From positions 1-64,000 of the IMG/VR virus record IMGVR_UViG_3300036820_000015: a DNA stretch of 64,000 bases. One strand, given 5' to 3'. This DNA comes from a virus. Positions 43,065-54,162 of this stretch are shown piece by piece. The notes under the pieces were generated by a model. It was not told the origin of the DNA. It saw nothing but the letters and a program-made list of their open reading frames with translations, and did no database searches. Numbering within the stretch: the stretch's first letter is position 1; every line of letters starts with the position of its first letter. A program made the position numbers and the translations under genes.

Positions 43065-43511
43065 GTGTCCAGAATCACCGATCTTGCCTCGAAGGCCAAT
43101 GACATCAAGACGGTCTTGGAGCCGATTCCAGAATGGACACCTCCCGGCGATCCCCTCGTCCATATCGGTATCCGCAGCATGACGGGTACTCAGCGCTCTC
43201 AGTATGTTCAGGAACTCATCGAGCGCGACAACGAGGGTGGTGACCGCACCGAGACCGAGTACAAGATCATGGTGCTTTGCTGCTTCGACCCTGAAGACGG
43301 CCTTCCCTGTTTCACTGAGGCCGACATCCCAATGCTCAAGACCAAATCGGGTGCTGTCCTATCGCGCCTATCCATGCAAGCGGTCATCATCAACAACCTC
43401 GACAACAAGGCTGATGAGCGCTTGGGAAAAGACTCCTCGGTATTGGTGAAGCTACCGGTACCGGCGGCTTCACCCGGGGCCACCCAGAGCGGAGATTCTA
43501 TTTCGAGCTAG
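43065..43511 (+). CDS. Tail assembly chaperone (gpG-like)
   Basis: IPEW...IRSMTG..R...DPEDG..FTEADI..L; located before tape measure. Confidence 0.85.
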   Translation: MSRITDLASKANDIKTVLEPIPEWTPPGDPLVHIGIRSMTGTQRSQYVQELIERDNEGGDRTETEYKIMVLCCFDPEDGLPCFTEADIPMLKTKSGAVLSRLSMQAVIINNLDNKADERLGKDSSVLVKLPVPAASPGATQSGDSISS

Positions 43512-43678
43512 CCCGTGAACTAGGTGGCATGACGGTGGGGGAAATGCTTGAGCGCATGGACTCATCTGAGTTGTCGGAATGGATGGCTCTGTACCGGATA
43601 GAGACAGCCGAACGGAAGAGCCGTGAGCCCGGTGGCGGTTCCACCACCACCTTCGGATCAGGGAAGGGGACGCCATGA
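43065..43678 (+). CDS. Tail assembly chaperone gpGT via -1 frameshift
   Basis: -1 frame continues PERRFYFELARELGGMTVGEMLERMDSSELSEWMALY to an ATGA overlap with tape measure. Confidence 0.85.
43424..43430 (+). other. Programmed -1 frameshift heptamer G GGA AAA
   Basis: X XXY YYZ in frame with the chaperone ORF. Confidence 0.85.
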
Positions 43679-46600
43679 CGGTTGTAGCCGACGTACTGGC
43701 CCGCTTCCGCACTGAAGGTCTGACTGACGTGAGCAGTCAGGCCACTGCCACCGCTGACAGCCTGGGCCGAATGGGTGATCCGGCCCAGGCTCTCCACGGG
43801 CATCTCTCCAACGCTGGCGATGCTGCTTCAGGGCTGAGTGGGAACCTGGGGGCGGCGGGTGGTGTCCTCGACAGCATCACCGAGAAAGCTCATAGTGCCG
43901 GTGGTGCTATCAAGGAGATCGCTGCTTCCTTTGCTGGAGCCGCTTCCTTCGGTGCCCTGCTCGATATGGCCACGCGGACTACGGCCGAACTCCAGACTCT
44001 AGGGGTCCAGTTCAACTCGACCTTTGGCGCTAACGGGGCCGAAATGCTGCAGAATGCTGTGACCTATGCCAATAACTTCGGGCAGTCCATTGCCTCGGCG
44101 GGGGCAGCCTTCTCGACATTCGGTCAAGCCACCCGGGGCGGCGTAGAAAACATCAGCAAGGACATGAAGGACTTTGCCGACATTGCTGCCGGGACCGGCT
44201 CCACTGTCGACCAAGTGTCGTCCTCTATCTCGAACTACTACCAGTTGGTGCAGAGGCTAGGCGGTTCTGGCGGTTCGGCTTCGCGTTTCGCCACCACTCT
44301 GCTGGAGCAACACATCATCGATCCGGCGACCTACAACGAGTTGCGCATCCAGGCCAATAAGGGAGCGACGCCGAACCAACTGCTGAACGACATCTTGGGT
44401 GATGCCGAAAAGGAGTATGGCGGGGCTGGGAAAGCGGAGGCCAATACCTTCAGTGGTCGACTGCAGACCTTCAAGAACATTTTCTCCGAGAGTGCTTCTG
44501 GGGCACTGTCGCCCATCACTGGCGGCATAGGCAACATCCTTGGTGACCTGAGCAAGGGGATGCAGACTTCGAGCTTCAAGACGGCTGAGACCGATGTCGC
44601 CTCATTCATCAGCACCATAGGTAGAGGCGCCGAGATCCTGTTGCCCTTCGTGAAGAGCATGGCTGACATCGGGCTGGCTCTCGGTGAAGTGGTGAGCAAG
44701 AGTTCGATACTACGTCCGGTGATTGAAGCTCTGGTCGCTGCCTTCATTGCTTTCGAGGCCATCAAGATCGGCAGCAGCTTGGCGATGTGGGTAAGTAGCC
44801 TCGCTCAAGGCACCACGTCCGGTATGGCCATGCGCCAATCCACCATCTCTCTCACCGATGCCATTCTGGCGCTGAACGAAGCTCTGGCCCAGAACGCCCA
44901 ACTGATGAGTATTGATGCTGGGGTCAGTAGTGCCGCCGTGGAGGCCAACGTGGCCAAGACGGCGAGCGTCAGCACCCTAGCGGCCGGTGAGGTGGGGCTG
45001 GCTCCGGCGACAGCGCTCGGAGGGGAAGAGGGAGCGACGGTCGGCGGTAGCGCACTACTCAACGGGGATCTCCTCGGCGGAGGAGTGGCCGGGGGTCTTC
45101 TGGCTCGCGGTACCGGTAGCCTCCTGACGGCGTCACCTCTGGCCGTAGGGGCCGGAATAGGTATCGGAGGGATGCTTCTCTCCGACGTGGTCGGCGGTGC
45201 CGTTGGTGGCTCGTCCGGCTCGACCATCAAGACCGTCGGTTCGGATGTCTCGATAGGGGCTGGAGTCGGCGCCATCGCCGGTAACGCCATTCCCATTCCT
45301 GGAGTGGGCATGGCGGTTGGTGCCGCTGTGGGCGCTGCTCTCGGTGGTGTCGTCGGCCTCATCACCAACCATCTTCAGAATGCTTCCAACGCCGTCGCCT
45401 CTTTCGCTGATGCCGTGAATGCTGCCGCCAAAGTGCAACAAGACTCCGGTGGGTTCTCTACGGGCACAACCGCTACCGATGTGACGGGCAACGTGAAGGC
45501 GGCTCGCTCAGAAGTCAGTGCCTCTTCAAGTGCCGACTATCAATACGCGCGTTCACACGGATACGCATCTGACCCGAGTAACTTCGAGATAGCCAATCTT
45601 CCTGAATCCCTCAGAGGATCTCGCACCGCTGCCAACCGACGACTCAGCAGCTACGAAGACCAGCAGTACAACGCCAACGCCAATCTCGGTGTGATCCAAG
45701 CCGAAACCGGACTCTCCCGGGGCCAAGCCAGTAGCTTCGCTCAGAGTAACGACATCAATATCACCCAGAATCTCAACGGCAACCTGCAGAACCTCACCGC
45801 TGCTATCCAAGCCTTTTCGGCCAAAGGTGGTCTCCAGCAGTTCAACGCCGAGCAGTACTCGAACATTCTCTCCACCACCGGCACGGTGGCTTCAGGAGCG
45901 GCCGGAGAGTCGAGCTTCAACCTGGACGCTGAACTCTCAAAGCTCACCGGGCTGAGTGGTCCGGCTGCCTACAGCCAGTTCTCCAAGCAAGCCTTTGCTT
46001 CAGGCATCAATCTCAGTGAGTACGGCATCAACCCTCAGTCAGCAGCCACCAACCAGATGACCTCAGGGCAAGCCGAAGAACTCAACTCGCAAATCGAAGC
46101 GACCCAGCAGTTGCGTGATGCCTACAACGCCTTAGGGCAGGCTGAGTTCGCCGCTACCCAAGCCGCCTTCGGTCTAGCCCAAGCCGAGTTCTCTCTCGGC
46201 CAAGCTCAGTTCCAACAGGGGGAAGCTGCCTTCCAGGCCGGTCGCGCCACTCTCTCCATGAGTGTGGCCATGACGACCCAAAGGGATTCTCTCTCAGCCG
46301 TCAACACGGCCATCACCTCTGGCTACCTTCCGGCCAACTACAACGTGGCCGCCACCATGGAGCAGATCACTTCTCTCTCTGCCGGGCAAAGAGACGCCAT
46401 CATGTCCGAGGTCTCGGCCTACAACGCCGTGGAAGCGGCTATGTATCAAGTCAACGCTGCCGGACAGTCTCTCTACTCGACCTACACGCAACTTTCGGGC
46501 AATGTCCAGGTCGCTCAGGCCAACATGCAGGGCTACCAGAACACACTGGGGCAGACGCTCCAAGGGGTGAAGGCTTTCCAGCAGGCCCAAGAATCCGAGT

Positions 46601-47778
46601 CGATGGCCAGTGCCGCCACCTCGATGGCTATGGCCCAACTCCAGTTGGCTGGCTACTCGACCTCGTCGCCCGAATACATCAACGCCCAACGCCAAGCGGC
46701 CATCGAGCAGGCCCAGTCCACTATCACCACTTCGCAGAACACCCTCGGGCTCGGTAACGAACAGTTTCAGATCAGCCAGGCCCAGATGCCGCCACCGCAG
46801 TCCTTCCAGGCCATGTTGGCGGCAGCCCAAGGTGTTGGTGCCCTGCAAGGCCCTCTCTACTCAGCCCAGCAGGCTCTGGCGGCCATCACCCCGGCTTACG
46901 ATTCAGCCAACACTGCTCTGCAAATCCAGAGCCAGCGTAACCAGGCCCTCACCTCAGCCCTGAATCAGCAGGCCTCAGCTGACCAAGGGGTCATCACTAA
47001 CTTCGACAACATGCGGACGGCCAACAATGCACTACTCACCTCCACCAACGGTATTGCTGTAGCCGAGAACGGGATCGCCACCGCCCAGAACAGTGTGAAG
47101 ACTTCGTCTCAAGGGATTGCCGATGCGGCCAACAACCTAACCACGGCGGCCAATAACTTTGAGGGGAACTTCTCCACCCAGGTGGTCAAGGCTTTCACGG
47201 CCATGACCACCAACATCAACACCATTGGCACCGATACCGCCAAACTCGGTACCAAGTTGGTCCAGACCTTCGCTCTGCTGAACGCCGAGGCTGAGGCGAA
47301 CGCCAAAGCAGCAGCGGCCCAAAAGCCCCAGTATCAGCAGTACTGGTCGTCGGTAGCGGCGGGGGAGAGTGCCCTTGTGGGATCGGCTGGCAGCCTCTCT
47401 CAATCTCAGTTGAACGCTGCCGTCGCTGTCGCCTTCGGCAACGCCCCCCACTTTGCCGAAGGTGGTCTCGTTCCGGGTTCTGGCGCCATGGTTGCTGTCG
47501 TCCACGGTGGTGAAGGGGTCCTGACACCGACACAGATGGGCAGTCTGAAGACAGCGCTCAGCAACATTGGAGTGACCATCACTCCAAGCATTGGGAGTAG
47601 TAGTAGTGCGATGTCTTCGGGCGGGGGTGGGGGAGTGACGGTGGCTGACGGCGCCGTCCAGGTCCGTATTGACGTCAACGGCTCCATGCTTGGTAGCGAA
47701 GGAGAACTCCAGCAGACAGTGGCCACGACCGTGAACGAGGCTTTTATTGAACTCATTAATCAGATGAACGGGAAGTAG
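43675..47778 (+). CDS. Tape measure protein
   Basis: 1367 aa, A/G/Q-rich and helical, TM-like segments, FAEGG.VPG...VVHGGE.VL near the C-terminus. Confidence 0.9.
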   Translation: MTVVADVLARFRTEGLTDVSSQATATADSLGRMGDPAQALHGHLSNAGDAASGLSGNLGAAGGVLDSITEKAHSAGGAIKEIAASFAGAASFGALLDMATRTTAELQTLGVQFNSTFGANGAEMLQNAVTYANNFGQSIASAGAAFSTFGQATRGGVENISKDMKDFADIAAGTGSTVDQVSSSISNYYQLVQRLGGSGGSASRFATTLLEQHIIDPATYNELRIQANKGATPNQLLNDILGDAEKEYGGAGKAEANTFSGRLQTFKNIFSESASGALSPITGGIGNILGDLSKGMQTSSFKTAETDVASFISTIGRGAEILLPFVKSMADIGLALGEVVSKSSILRPVIEALVAAFIAFEAIKIGSSLAMWVSSLAQGTTSGMAMRQSTISLTDAILALNEALAQNAQLMSIDAGVSSAAVEANVAKTASVSTLAAGEVGLAPATALGGEEGATVGGSALLNGDLLGGGVAGGLLARGTGSLLTASPLAVGAGIGIGGMLLSDVVGGAVGGSSGSTIKTVGSDVSIGAGVGAIAGNAIPIPGVGMAVGAAVGAALGGVVGLITNHLQNASNAVASFADAVNAAAKVQQDSGGFSTGTTATDVTGNVKAARSEVSASSSADYQYARSHGYASDPSNFEIANLPESLRGSRTAANRRLSSYEDQQYNANANLGVIQAETGLSRGQASSFAQSNDINITQNLNGNLQNLTAAIQAFSAKGGLQQFNAEQYSNILSTTGTVASGAAGESSFNLDAELSKLTGLSGPAAYSQFSKQAFASGINLSEYGINPQSAATNQMTSGQAEELNSQIEATQQLRDAYNALGQAEFAATQAAFGLAQAEFSLGQAQFQQGEAAFQAGRATLSMSVAMTTQRDSLSAVNTAITSGYLPANYNVAATMEQITSLSAGQRDAIMSEVSAYNAVEAAMYQVNAAGQSLYSTYTQLSGNVQVAQANMQGYQNTLGQTLQGVKAFQQAQESESMASAATSMAMAQLQLAGYSTSSPEYINAQRQAAIEQAQSTITTSQNTLGLGNEQFQISQAQMPPPQSFQAMLAAAQGVGALQGPLYSAQQALAAITPAYDSANTALQIQSQRNQALTSALNQQASADQGVITNFDNMRTANNALLTSTNGIAVAENGIATAQNSVKTSSQGIADAANNLTTAANNFEGNFSTQVVKAFTAMTTNINTIGTDTAKLGTKLVQTFALLNAEAEANAKAAAAQKPQYQQYWSSVAAGESALVGSAGSLSQSQLNAAVAVAFGNAPHFAEGGLVPGSGAMVAVVHGGEGVLTPTQMGSLKTALSNIGVTITPSIGSSSSAMSSGGGGGVTVADGAVQVRIDVNGSMLGSEGELQQTVATTVNEAFIELINQMNGK

Positions 47779-47786
47779 AGAGCGCG

Positions 47787-50700
47787 ATGAGCAATCAGGT
47801 AGTCACGCTCTGGCCTCAGGTCGATGTCTATGTCGGCAGTGGTGTCCTGTACTCCACCGCAACGATCACCGGGGATGGCTTTCCCTTTACTGCTCCTGAA
47901 GACAACCTTGTCATTCCGGGGACGGCTACCGCTCCTACTACAGGGCCCTTCCCGGGTCAGGGCTTCCATGACCTCCTGACTCCCCCCTCTTCGCGCAACC
48001 TCATGGCGATGGAGAACCATACCACCAACGGCGGGGATGGTCCCATCTGGTTCGTCTACGAAGGTGGCTTCAATCTCAACGGCATGACCTGGGAGGCTGT
48101 CCTCGGTCGGCAAATCCGTAGCGTGCAGACCAATCTCCTCTTCGGCTACGACGGTACTGACGCTTCCAACCCTGGCGGCCCCGGGAATCTATTCTTCCAA
48201 CTCTGCTTCGGCCAGTACAACAACTTCATTCAGATTAACGTCGACATTCCGAGTTCGAGTCTCATCGCTGACTCCACAGAGAATCCTCCGGTGGGGACAA
48301 CGGCTGGCTATGTCGGCAGTCTCTGTACCGCCAACGGCTCGCGTGGATTCCTCTACACCGACTTCATCCCTGCTGGACACGGAGGGGACCAGAGCATCTT
48401 TCTGAGTCTGGCTGTCTCCAGTGGTCAGCAGATCGACTTCACGAGTGCTGCTCTCAATGTTGCCTACAACGATCCTCCGAGCGCCCTACCTTCCATCCTG
48501 GGCCTGTCGAGTGGAGTGGTCCCTTCCCTAGCCCCCACTATCTCCTGGAACTACTCAGACCCCGAGAGCGATAACCAGGCCATCTACCGCGTCGTTATCT
48601 TCAAGGCCTCAACAGTGGCCGCCTCCTCCTTCCCCCAACTCTTCACCGCCGACGCTAGCCAGACTGTCCTCATCCCCTCTATTCCTAACCCTCTCGCCAA
48701 TCCACAGCTTCTCGGTAGCCCGATCACTCTCCCGCTCACCGTCGTCACGGGCACTAACGACACCTTCAACACCGTAGGCGAGCCCTGGACGATCGCTGCT
48801 GGCACTTATACGACAATGGCTGAAGTGGCGTTGGCTATGGCTGCTGCCCCCGGGGGTGGAGCGGACTTCGGTTATTACATCACCCCAACCATTTACGGCA
48901 ACCGTCTTCTCCTGGTCGGCACGGCTTCCTATACCCCAACCAGTCAGTCCGTCACAGCTGGGACAAATGATGTTGCTGCTGACCTTGGCTTCGGTGGCTC
49001 TGGCACCACGAACTTTAATAACACTCCCCAATCGCCTACCGGCATGATCTACGACTCCGGGCCCATTACTTCCTCCGTCACCGCCCTCACCGTCCCCACA
49101 GGCGTCCTCAACAACTACGCCGCTTACACTGTCTTCGTCCTCGTATCCGACACCGGTTCCTCCGGCCGCTACAACACCGTGCTCGGACGCGGCATCAACA
49201 CCACTCCGATCGCCATCACTGCTGTCTCTGTGGCCAACCCCACCCACATCACTGCTGCTGGACACGGCCTCATTACCGGAGATGCCGTTGTCATCGCCGG
49301 GACAACCACCACTCCTTCGATCAATGGCACGCAGGTCGTCACCGTCATTGACTCCTCCCACTTCACCATTCCGATTCATGTCACCGCCGTTTCGGTTGGT
49401 ACCGGCACTGTCACCAACCAGCCTCAAGCCAACGTGGGCCTCGACTTCCAGACCGCCGTCGAGCCCACCCTCATGCCCGCCATCGAGTTCCCCACCTCCC
49501 CAGGCTCCCCCTCCCTGGCCTTCGATCCCAACGCTGGGCGTATCGATGACATCGTTGTCCGCGCCCGTCTCAATCTCCTCACCACCACCGACGCCGACTT
49601 TGTCCTCTCCACCGGCAACTGGGCCATCACCTCCGACTCGACCGGCTCCCCCTCTGCTCCGGCCTGGACCAATGAGACTGTCCCCGGTGGCCTGACCGAG
49701 AGGGTCATGGTCATCACCGCTGTCTCCTCCGGCGGTACGGCTGGGAACTACTCCATCGGCGCCCACTCCGGTATCGTCACCGTCTCGGCCGGAGAAGTCC
49801 TCACCGCCGAGGCCAAGATCAAGAGTCCGGTCTCCACTCTCCCCTTCGCGCGCGTCGGCATCGAGTTCTTCTCTGACGCCATTGGCACCACCGCCGTCGG
49901 CCCGACCGTCTACTGCTCGCCCCAGTCCATGGCCCTCAACTCCTGGGTCAAAGACTTCGTCCAAGCGCGCGTGCCCAACGGGGCCATCACCGCCCGGCTC
50001 AAAGTCCTCGTGGCTGGAGCCAACGCCAGCGAGATGGCCTACATCTTCGAGGCCTCCATCGCCATGGGGGTCATCAACCTGCTGGACGATGCCAGCTTCG
50101 AGCAGTCCGGCTCCTCGAACGCCTCCTTCTGGGAGGACTTCAACGGGACCGTCACCTTCGTCGACATCCCGGGTGCCTCCTGGCCCTCAGGAGACCAGAG
50201 CGTCCAGCTGACCAACCCCGGGGCCGTCACCGCTCAGGTCATGACCACGGCCGCCCTGGGCGTCCTCACGGGCGGTATCAGCCTGCTCGGCTCCGTCGAC
50301 GCCCAGCTGGTCTCTGGCGTGGCCACGGCCTCTCTGGGGGTCATCTGGAACACCACCTTCTCCGTCCCGACCATCATCGCCCTGACCTCGGCCTGGAGCC
50401 GCCTGGCCTTCCCCTTGACCGGCTCGGCCATTGTGGCAGCTGCTGGAAGTGATCCGGCCCACATAGCCATCGAGTCAGCCACGACCGGGGCCTCGGTGGC
50501 CAACTTCGACAACATCCAGCTGGAGATGGCGTGGCCCTTCATAGGGGGCTTCCTGGTGCCGCTGGCGGGCAGTCCCATCCCGACCTCGGTGGCCCTCGGC
50601 TGGCCCACCGGGGTCGATCTCAGCTGCACCTCGGCCACCGGCTCGGGCACGACGGTGGTCACCACACCGACCGCTCACGGGCTCGTGAGCGGCACCCAGG

Positions 50701-51998
50701 TGACCATTGGTGGCATGACCGGCTCCGGGGCCACGCCGGTCAACGGCACCTGGACGGCCACCGTCCTCTCCTCGACCACTTTCTCGGTCCCCGTCACCAC
50801 GACCGGGAACGGGACCGCCGGTACCGTCACCTCCATCACCGGCCAGTTCTGGCAGCGCGGCGACTCCAATGGCGGGACCTGCACCATCGACAATGTCGTG
50901 CAGCAGCCCTCCGGGGCCCAGTCACTCAAGTCGGTGGTCAGCCCTACCGATGGCCCGGCGAGTATCGAGCAGATCTTCACCGTCTCCGGTTGGCTCTCCT
51001 TCCAGATCCAATGGTACGAATCGGTGCAGACGTGTGGGACCTCGGTCTGCCAGCTGGAGTTCCGCGACTCGGCCGGGGTCCTGCTCTCCCAAGCCTTTGT
51101 CTCGGACGCTGTTATCTCGCCGCTGACCATCGACACCATGACCGGTACCGCCGTGGGCGAGCGCGGCACCTTCACCATCAATGTTCCAGCCAACGCCCAA
51201 CGCTGCCGCATCTCGTTCATCAATACCAACGACGGCGGTGGGGTCAATACCTCGACGGTCTGGGTCAGTAATGTGGTCATCACCCCAACCGGGAACCTGG
51301 CGACCTCGACGCCATGGATGGACGGTGGTTGGTCGGCTGGCGGCTATTCACAGAACGGCACCGTCCAGGTGGGACTGCAACGTTCACAGGACTTGGTCAA
51401 CTGGGCCTTCGTGCGCCAGCCGCCAAACCCGGCCTCCCTCGACGTCGCTGTCGTCGGCCCCAACTTCGAGAATGACTTCACCGACTACGAATACCCGGGC
51501 GGCACGCGCTCGGTCCCGCAGTTCTTCTACTACCAGGCCATCGGGCTGTACTCGACCGGTAACGGGATGATCCAGTCCCCGCTCGGACAGATCATCGAAG
51601 TGACCAACCTGCAGTCCTTCGCTCCGACCGAATGGATACTCGGGGACCCGCTCTATCCGACCTCGAACATCTTGCTGCAGGTGAAGAAGGCTAGCTTCAA
51701 GACAGCGGAGAATCAGACGGTGCTGATGCCCGCTGGCCGTGGCCGCAAGGTAGTTATGGGGGACACGCAGATATTCGGTAACACCATCACTCTCGAACTA
51801 CTCACGATCACGCCCAACGACTACACCCTACTGCAGACTCAGTACCTGAAGGTGACGCCACTGATCCTGCGCTCGCCTGATGGTGAGTTCTGGTACGTGC
51901 GCCTGACTGACCGCTCGCGCGAACGCGTATGGACCGGACCGCGCAACGCCTACCGGACGTACTCGCTGACCATGGAAACGGTCGATATCGTCCCGTGA
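47787..51998 (+). CDS. Large tail tip protein with carbohydrate-binding-like modules
   Basis: PTISWNYSDPESD, NLL..DA.F CBM-like starts, distal-tail-like C-terminus (GRGRKVV, LILRSPDG). Confidence 0.75.
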   Translation: MSNQVVTLWPQVDVYVGSGVLYSTATITGDGFPFTAPEDNLVIPGTATAPTTGPFPGQGFHDLLTPPSSRNLMAMENHTTNGGDGPIWFVYEGGFNLNGMTWEAVLGRQIRSVQTNLLFGYDGTDASNPGGPGNLFFQLCFGQYNNFIQINVDIPSSSLIADSTENPPVGTTAGYVGSLCTANGSRGFLYTDFIPAGHGGDQSIFLSLAVSSGQQIDFTSAALNVAYNDPPSALPSILGLSSGVVPSLAPTISWNYSDPESDNQAIYRVVIFKASTVAASSFPQLFTADASQTVLIPSIPNPLANPQLLGSPITLPLTVVTGTNDTFNTVGEPWTIAAGTYTTMAEVALAMAAAPGGGADFGYYITPTIYGNRLLLVGTASYTPTSQSVTAGTNDVAADLGFGGSGTTNFNNTPQSPTGMIYDSGPITSSVTALTVPTGVLNNYAAYTVFVLVSDTGSSGRYNTVLGRGINTTPIAITAVSVANPTHITAAGHGLITGDAVVIAGTTTTPSINGTQVVTVIDSSHFTIPIHVTAVSVGTGTVTNQPQANVGLDFQTAVEPTLMPAIEFPTSPGSPSLAFDPNAGRIDDIVVRARLNLLTTTDADFVLSTGNWAITSDSTGSPSAPAWTNETVPGGLTERVMVITAVSSGGTAGNYSIGAHSGIVTVSAGEVLTAEAKIKSPVSTLPFARVGIEFFSDAIGTTAVGPTVYCSPQSMALNSWVKDFVQARVPNGAITARLKVLVAGANASEMAYIFEASIAMGVINLLDDASFEQSGSSNASFWEDFNGTVTFVDIPGASWPSGDQSVQLTNPGAVTAQVMTTAALGVLTGGISLLGSVDAQLVSGVATASLGVIWNTTFSVPTIIALTSAWSRLAFPLTGSAIVAAAGSDPAHIAIESATTGASVANFDNIQLEMAWPFIGGFLVPLAGSPIPTSVALGWPTGVDLSCTSATGSGTTVVTTPTAHGLVSGTQVTIGGMTGSGATPVNGTWTATVLSSTTFSVPVTTTGNGTAGTVTSITGQFWQRGDSNGGTCTIDNVVQQPSGAQSLKSVVSPTDGPASIEQIFTVSGWLSFQIQWYESVQTCGTSVCQLEFRDSAGVLLSQAFVSDAVISPLTIDTMTGTAVGERGTFTINVPANAQRCRISFINTNDGGGVNTSTVWVSNVVITPTGNLATSTPWMDGGWSAGGYSQNGTVQVGLQRSQDLVNWAFVRQPPNPASLDVAVVGPNFENDFTDYEYPGGTRSVPQFFYYQAIGLYSTGNGMIQSPLGQIIEVTNLQSFAPTEWILGDPLYPTSNILLQVKKASFKTAENQTVLMPAGRGRKVVMGDTQIFGNTITLELLTITPNDYTLLQTQYLKVTPLILRSPDGEFWYVRLTDRSRERVWTGPRNAYRTYSLTMETVDIVP

Positions 51999-52016
51999 GA
52001 GTCTGACCGATCTACC

Positions 52017-53492
52017 ATGTTTCCCTATCCCAGCGCGCGATTCGCGGCGGCTCTCCTCTATAGCCACAACGTGGCCATCAAGATGGAGATCTGGCAGTCC
52101 GGTGCCACCGCTCCCTCGTTCACCCTGGTCCAAGTGGACGACATGTTCTCGACCACGGCTCCACTGGTGCTGGTCGACGGCAGTGTCACCTATGACAAGA
52201 CCTCTGACCAACGCGGTCAGTGTACGGTCACCGTCGTCAGCCCGGATGGCTCCATGGTGCCGAAGCTACCCACCGACCTCATCACGCCTTGGGGCAATGA
52301 GATCCGCCTCTACCGCGGCATCTACTATCCGCCACAGAACGTCTTCGTCCCCTCTTCTCCCAACACCATCCCGGCCATCCTCAACCAGTCCGGCATCGTC
52401 ATCCCCTCTTTTGTCGACGGTATCTGGGAGGCCGGTGAGTTGGTCAACGGTGGCCTGCGGATCGAAGGCAGTCTCACCTACGACGGAGTCGTCTCGGTGG
52501 TGGATGACTACTCGGAGTACGTCCCCCTCGGCGTGTTCCGCATGTCCAAGGTGGAGATCGACGACCAGTCCGGCGTGCCCAAGATGACCATCACCGGCTA
52601 CGACCGCTCGCGCAACGTCTCGCGTAACGTGGTCCAGTACTACTGGCCGGACTTCAACACTCAGTCCCTCATCCTCAATCAGCCTTGGGCCAACATGATC
52701 CAGGTAGCACTGTCCGATCGTTGGTCACCCATTCAGTTCGACGGTACCGTCACCGAGTGGACTGCACTGCAGAACGATCCCACCAACCAGACCATCCCCA
52801 ACTTCCTACAGTCCTTCTCCGAAGGTAGTGACCTCTTCGATCAGATGCGCCAGTACGCTCAGGCCGCTGGCTGCGACCTCTCCATGACGCGCCAGGGGAT
52901 CTGCTCACTCTACAAGGACCCCAACTTCGTGAACATGCAGTCAGGGTCGGGACCCCCGGTCGCTACTTTCGTCGAAGGCGCCACCGCTACTTTCGAGGAA
53001 GCCAAACGTACGCTCGATGACTCGGTGGCCTACAACCAGGTCATCGTCTATGGTGCTGGCGACATCCTGGGTGTGCCGCTGTTCACCTATCCGCCGAACG
53101 GAACGCCAGCGGTCGACAACGACGAGAACTCACCCACGTACATTGGCGTGCCGACCCTCGACTCCTCGGGCAACTACTCGTACTCCGGTGGCAGCGCTTA
53201 CGGTGTCGTCACCCACATCGTGAACAACAATCTGCTGACGACCATCGAGATGTGCCAGAACTTCGCCAGCTTGCAGCTGGCCATCGATATCGGTTCCCAG
53301 GAGGCGGTCGACCTCCCGGCTTCGGCGGTCAATCCCTGTATCGACGTCGATGACCTGGTGGCCGTGCAGAGAACGCGCATCGGGATCTCGGCCTCGGTCG
53401 GTTATGTGGTGAGTAACACCCAGATCCCGTTGATGGCCACCGCTAAGCAGACCATGTCGGTACGCGAGAAGAGGAACCTGACCTTTGTGTGA
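52017..53492 (+). CDS. Minor tail / baseplate hub protein (DUF5047-like)
   Basis: SARFAAAL..SH, DGSVTYD, PWGNEIRLYRGI, VPLGVFR, YNQVIV. Confidence 0.8.
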   Translation: MFPYPSARFAAALLYSHNVAIKMEIWQSGATAPSFTLVQVDDMFSTTAPLVLVDGSVTYDKTSDQRGQCTVTVVSPDGSMVPKLPTDLITPWGNEIRLYRGIYYPPQNVFVPSSPNTIPAILNQSGIVIPSFVDGIWEAGELVNGGLRIEGSLTYDGVVSVVDDYSEYVPLGVFRMSKVEIDDQSGVPKMTITGYDRSRNVSRNVVQYYWPDFNTQSLILNQPWANMIQVALSDRWSPIQFDGTVTEWTALQNDPTNQTIPNFLQSFSEGSDLFDQMRQYAQAAGCDLSMTRQGICSLYKDPNFVNMQSGSGPPVATFVEGATATFEEAKRTLDDSVAYNQVIVYGAGDILGVPLFTYPPNGTPAVDNDENSPTYIGVPTLDSSGNYSYSGGSAYGVVTHIVNNNLLTTIEMCQNFASLQLAIDIGSQEAVDLPASAVNPCIDVDDLVAVQRTRIGISASVGYVVSNTQIPLMATAKQTMSVREKRNLTFV

Positions 53493-53504
53493 CAGAGGAG
53501 ACCT

Positions 53505-54149
53505 ATGAGCAACTTCCCCGCTATCAGACAGGTAGTGACGCTGCTCGACGACATGCGGCCACCGACCACGCAGAAGGGCAAGTCGCGCTCGGCGCCCGGC
53601 ACACTCGAAGTGCGCATGGGCTTCATCCCTTACACCGATCCCAAAGGGGTCATCAGTGGGCGCCCGATCAATACCAATGCTGCCGGGGAAGCGACCATGC
53701 CCCATTCGGTCAAGGTAACTGCCGGACAGGTGATGTCAGGGACCTTCACGCTGAACGTGGAGGCCAATGGGGATAGCCCGGCGACGAGTGCCTTCACCGG
53801 CTCGGGCAGTCTGACAGTGCCGGTAGCTGGCGGCCCGCCGGTCACCATCACCTATGGCACCAAGTCGGGGACGAGCTTCGGGGGCTGCACGGGCGGCGGT
53901 GGAGCGGTGACAGCGGCCGGACTGGTGGTCCAGGGGATTGGAGTGCCCCTGCAGTGCATCCTGGCTCCCGGGACCGCCCTGGTCGTCTTCGGGCCCACCT
54001 CGAACTACGGCGTCCCCTGGCCGGTGCAGTTCGGGCCACCGACCACCCAGAACGTCACCCCGCCGGGCTACACCTATCCGGGCTCAGCTGTGATCTGCCT
54101 CTCCCAGCCGCCCTATCTCTTCATCCTGGGGAACATGCCCGGGGCCTAG
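53505..54149 (+). CDS. Minor tail protein
   Basis: GAGGAG RBS, last gene of the tail operon. Confidence 0.6.
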   Translation: MSNFPAIRQVVTLLDDMRPPTTQKGKSRSAPGTLEVRMGFIPYTDPKGVISGRPINTNAAGEATMPHSVKVTAGQVMSGTFTLNVEANGDSPATSAFTGSGSLTVPVAGGPPVTITYGTKSGTSFGGCTGGGGAVTAAGLVVQGIGVPLQCILAPGTALVVFGPTSNYGVPWPVQFGPPTTQNVTPPGYTYPGSAVICLSQPPYLFILGNMPGA

Positions 54150-54162
54150 GTGGCACACGGTA

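Noticed and set aside
43424-43430. Tail chaperone -1 frameshift as a novelty
   Set aside because: It is real but a standard feature of long-tailed phages; listed as a feature only.
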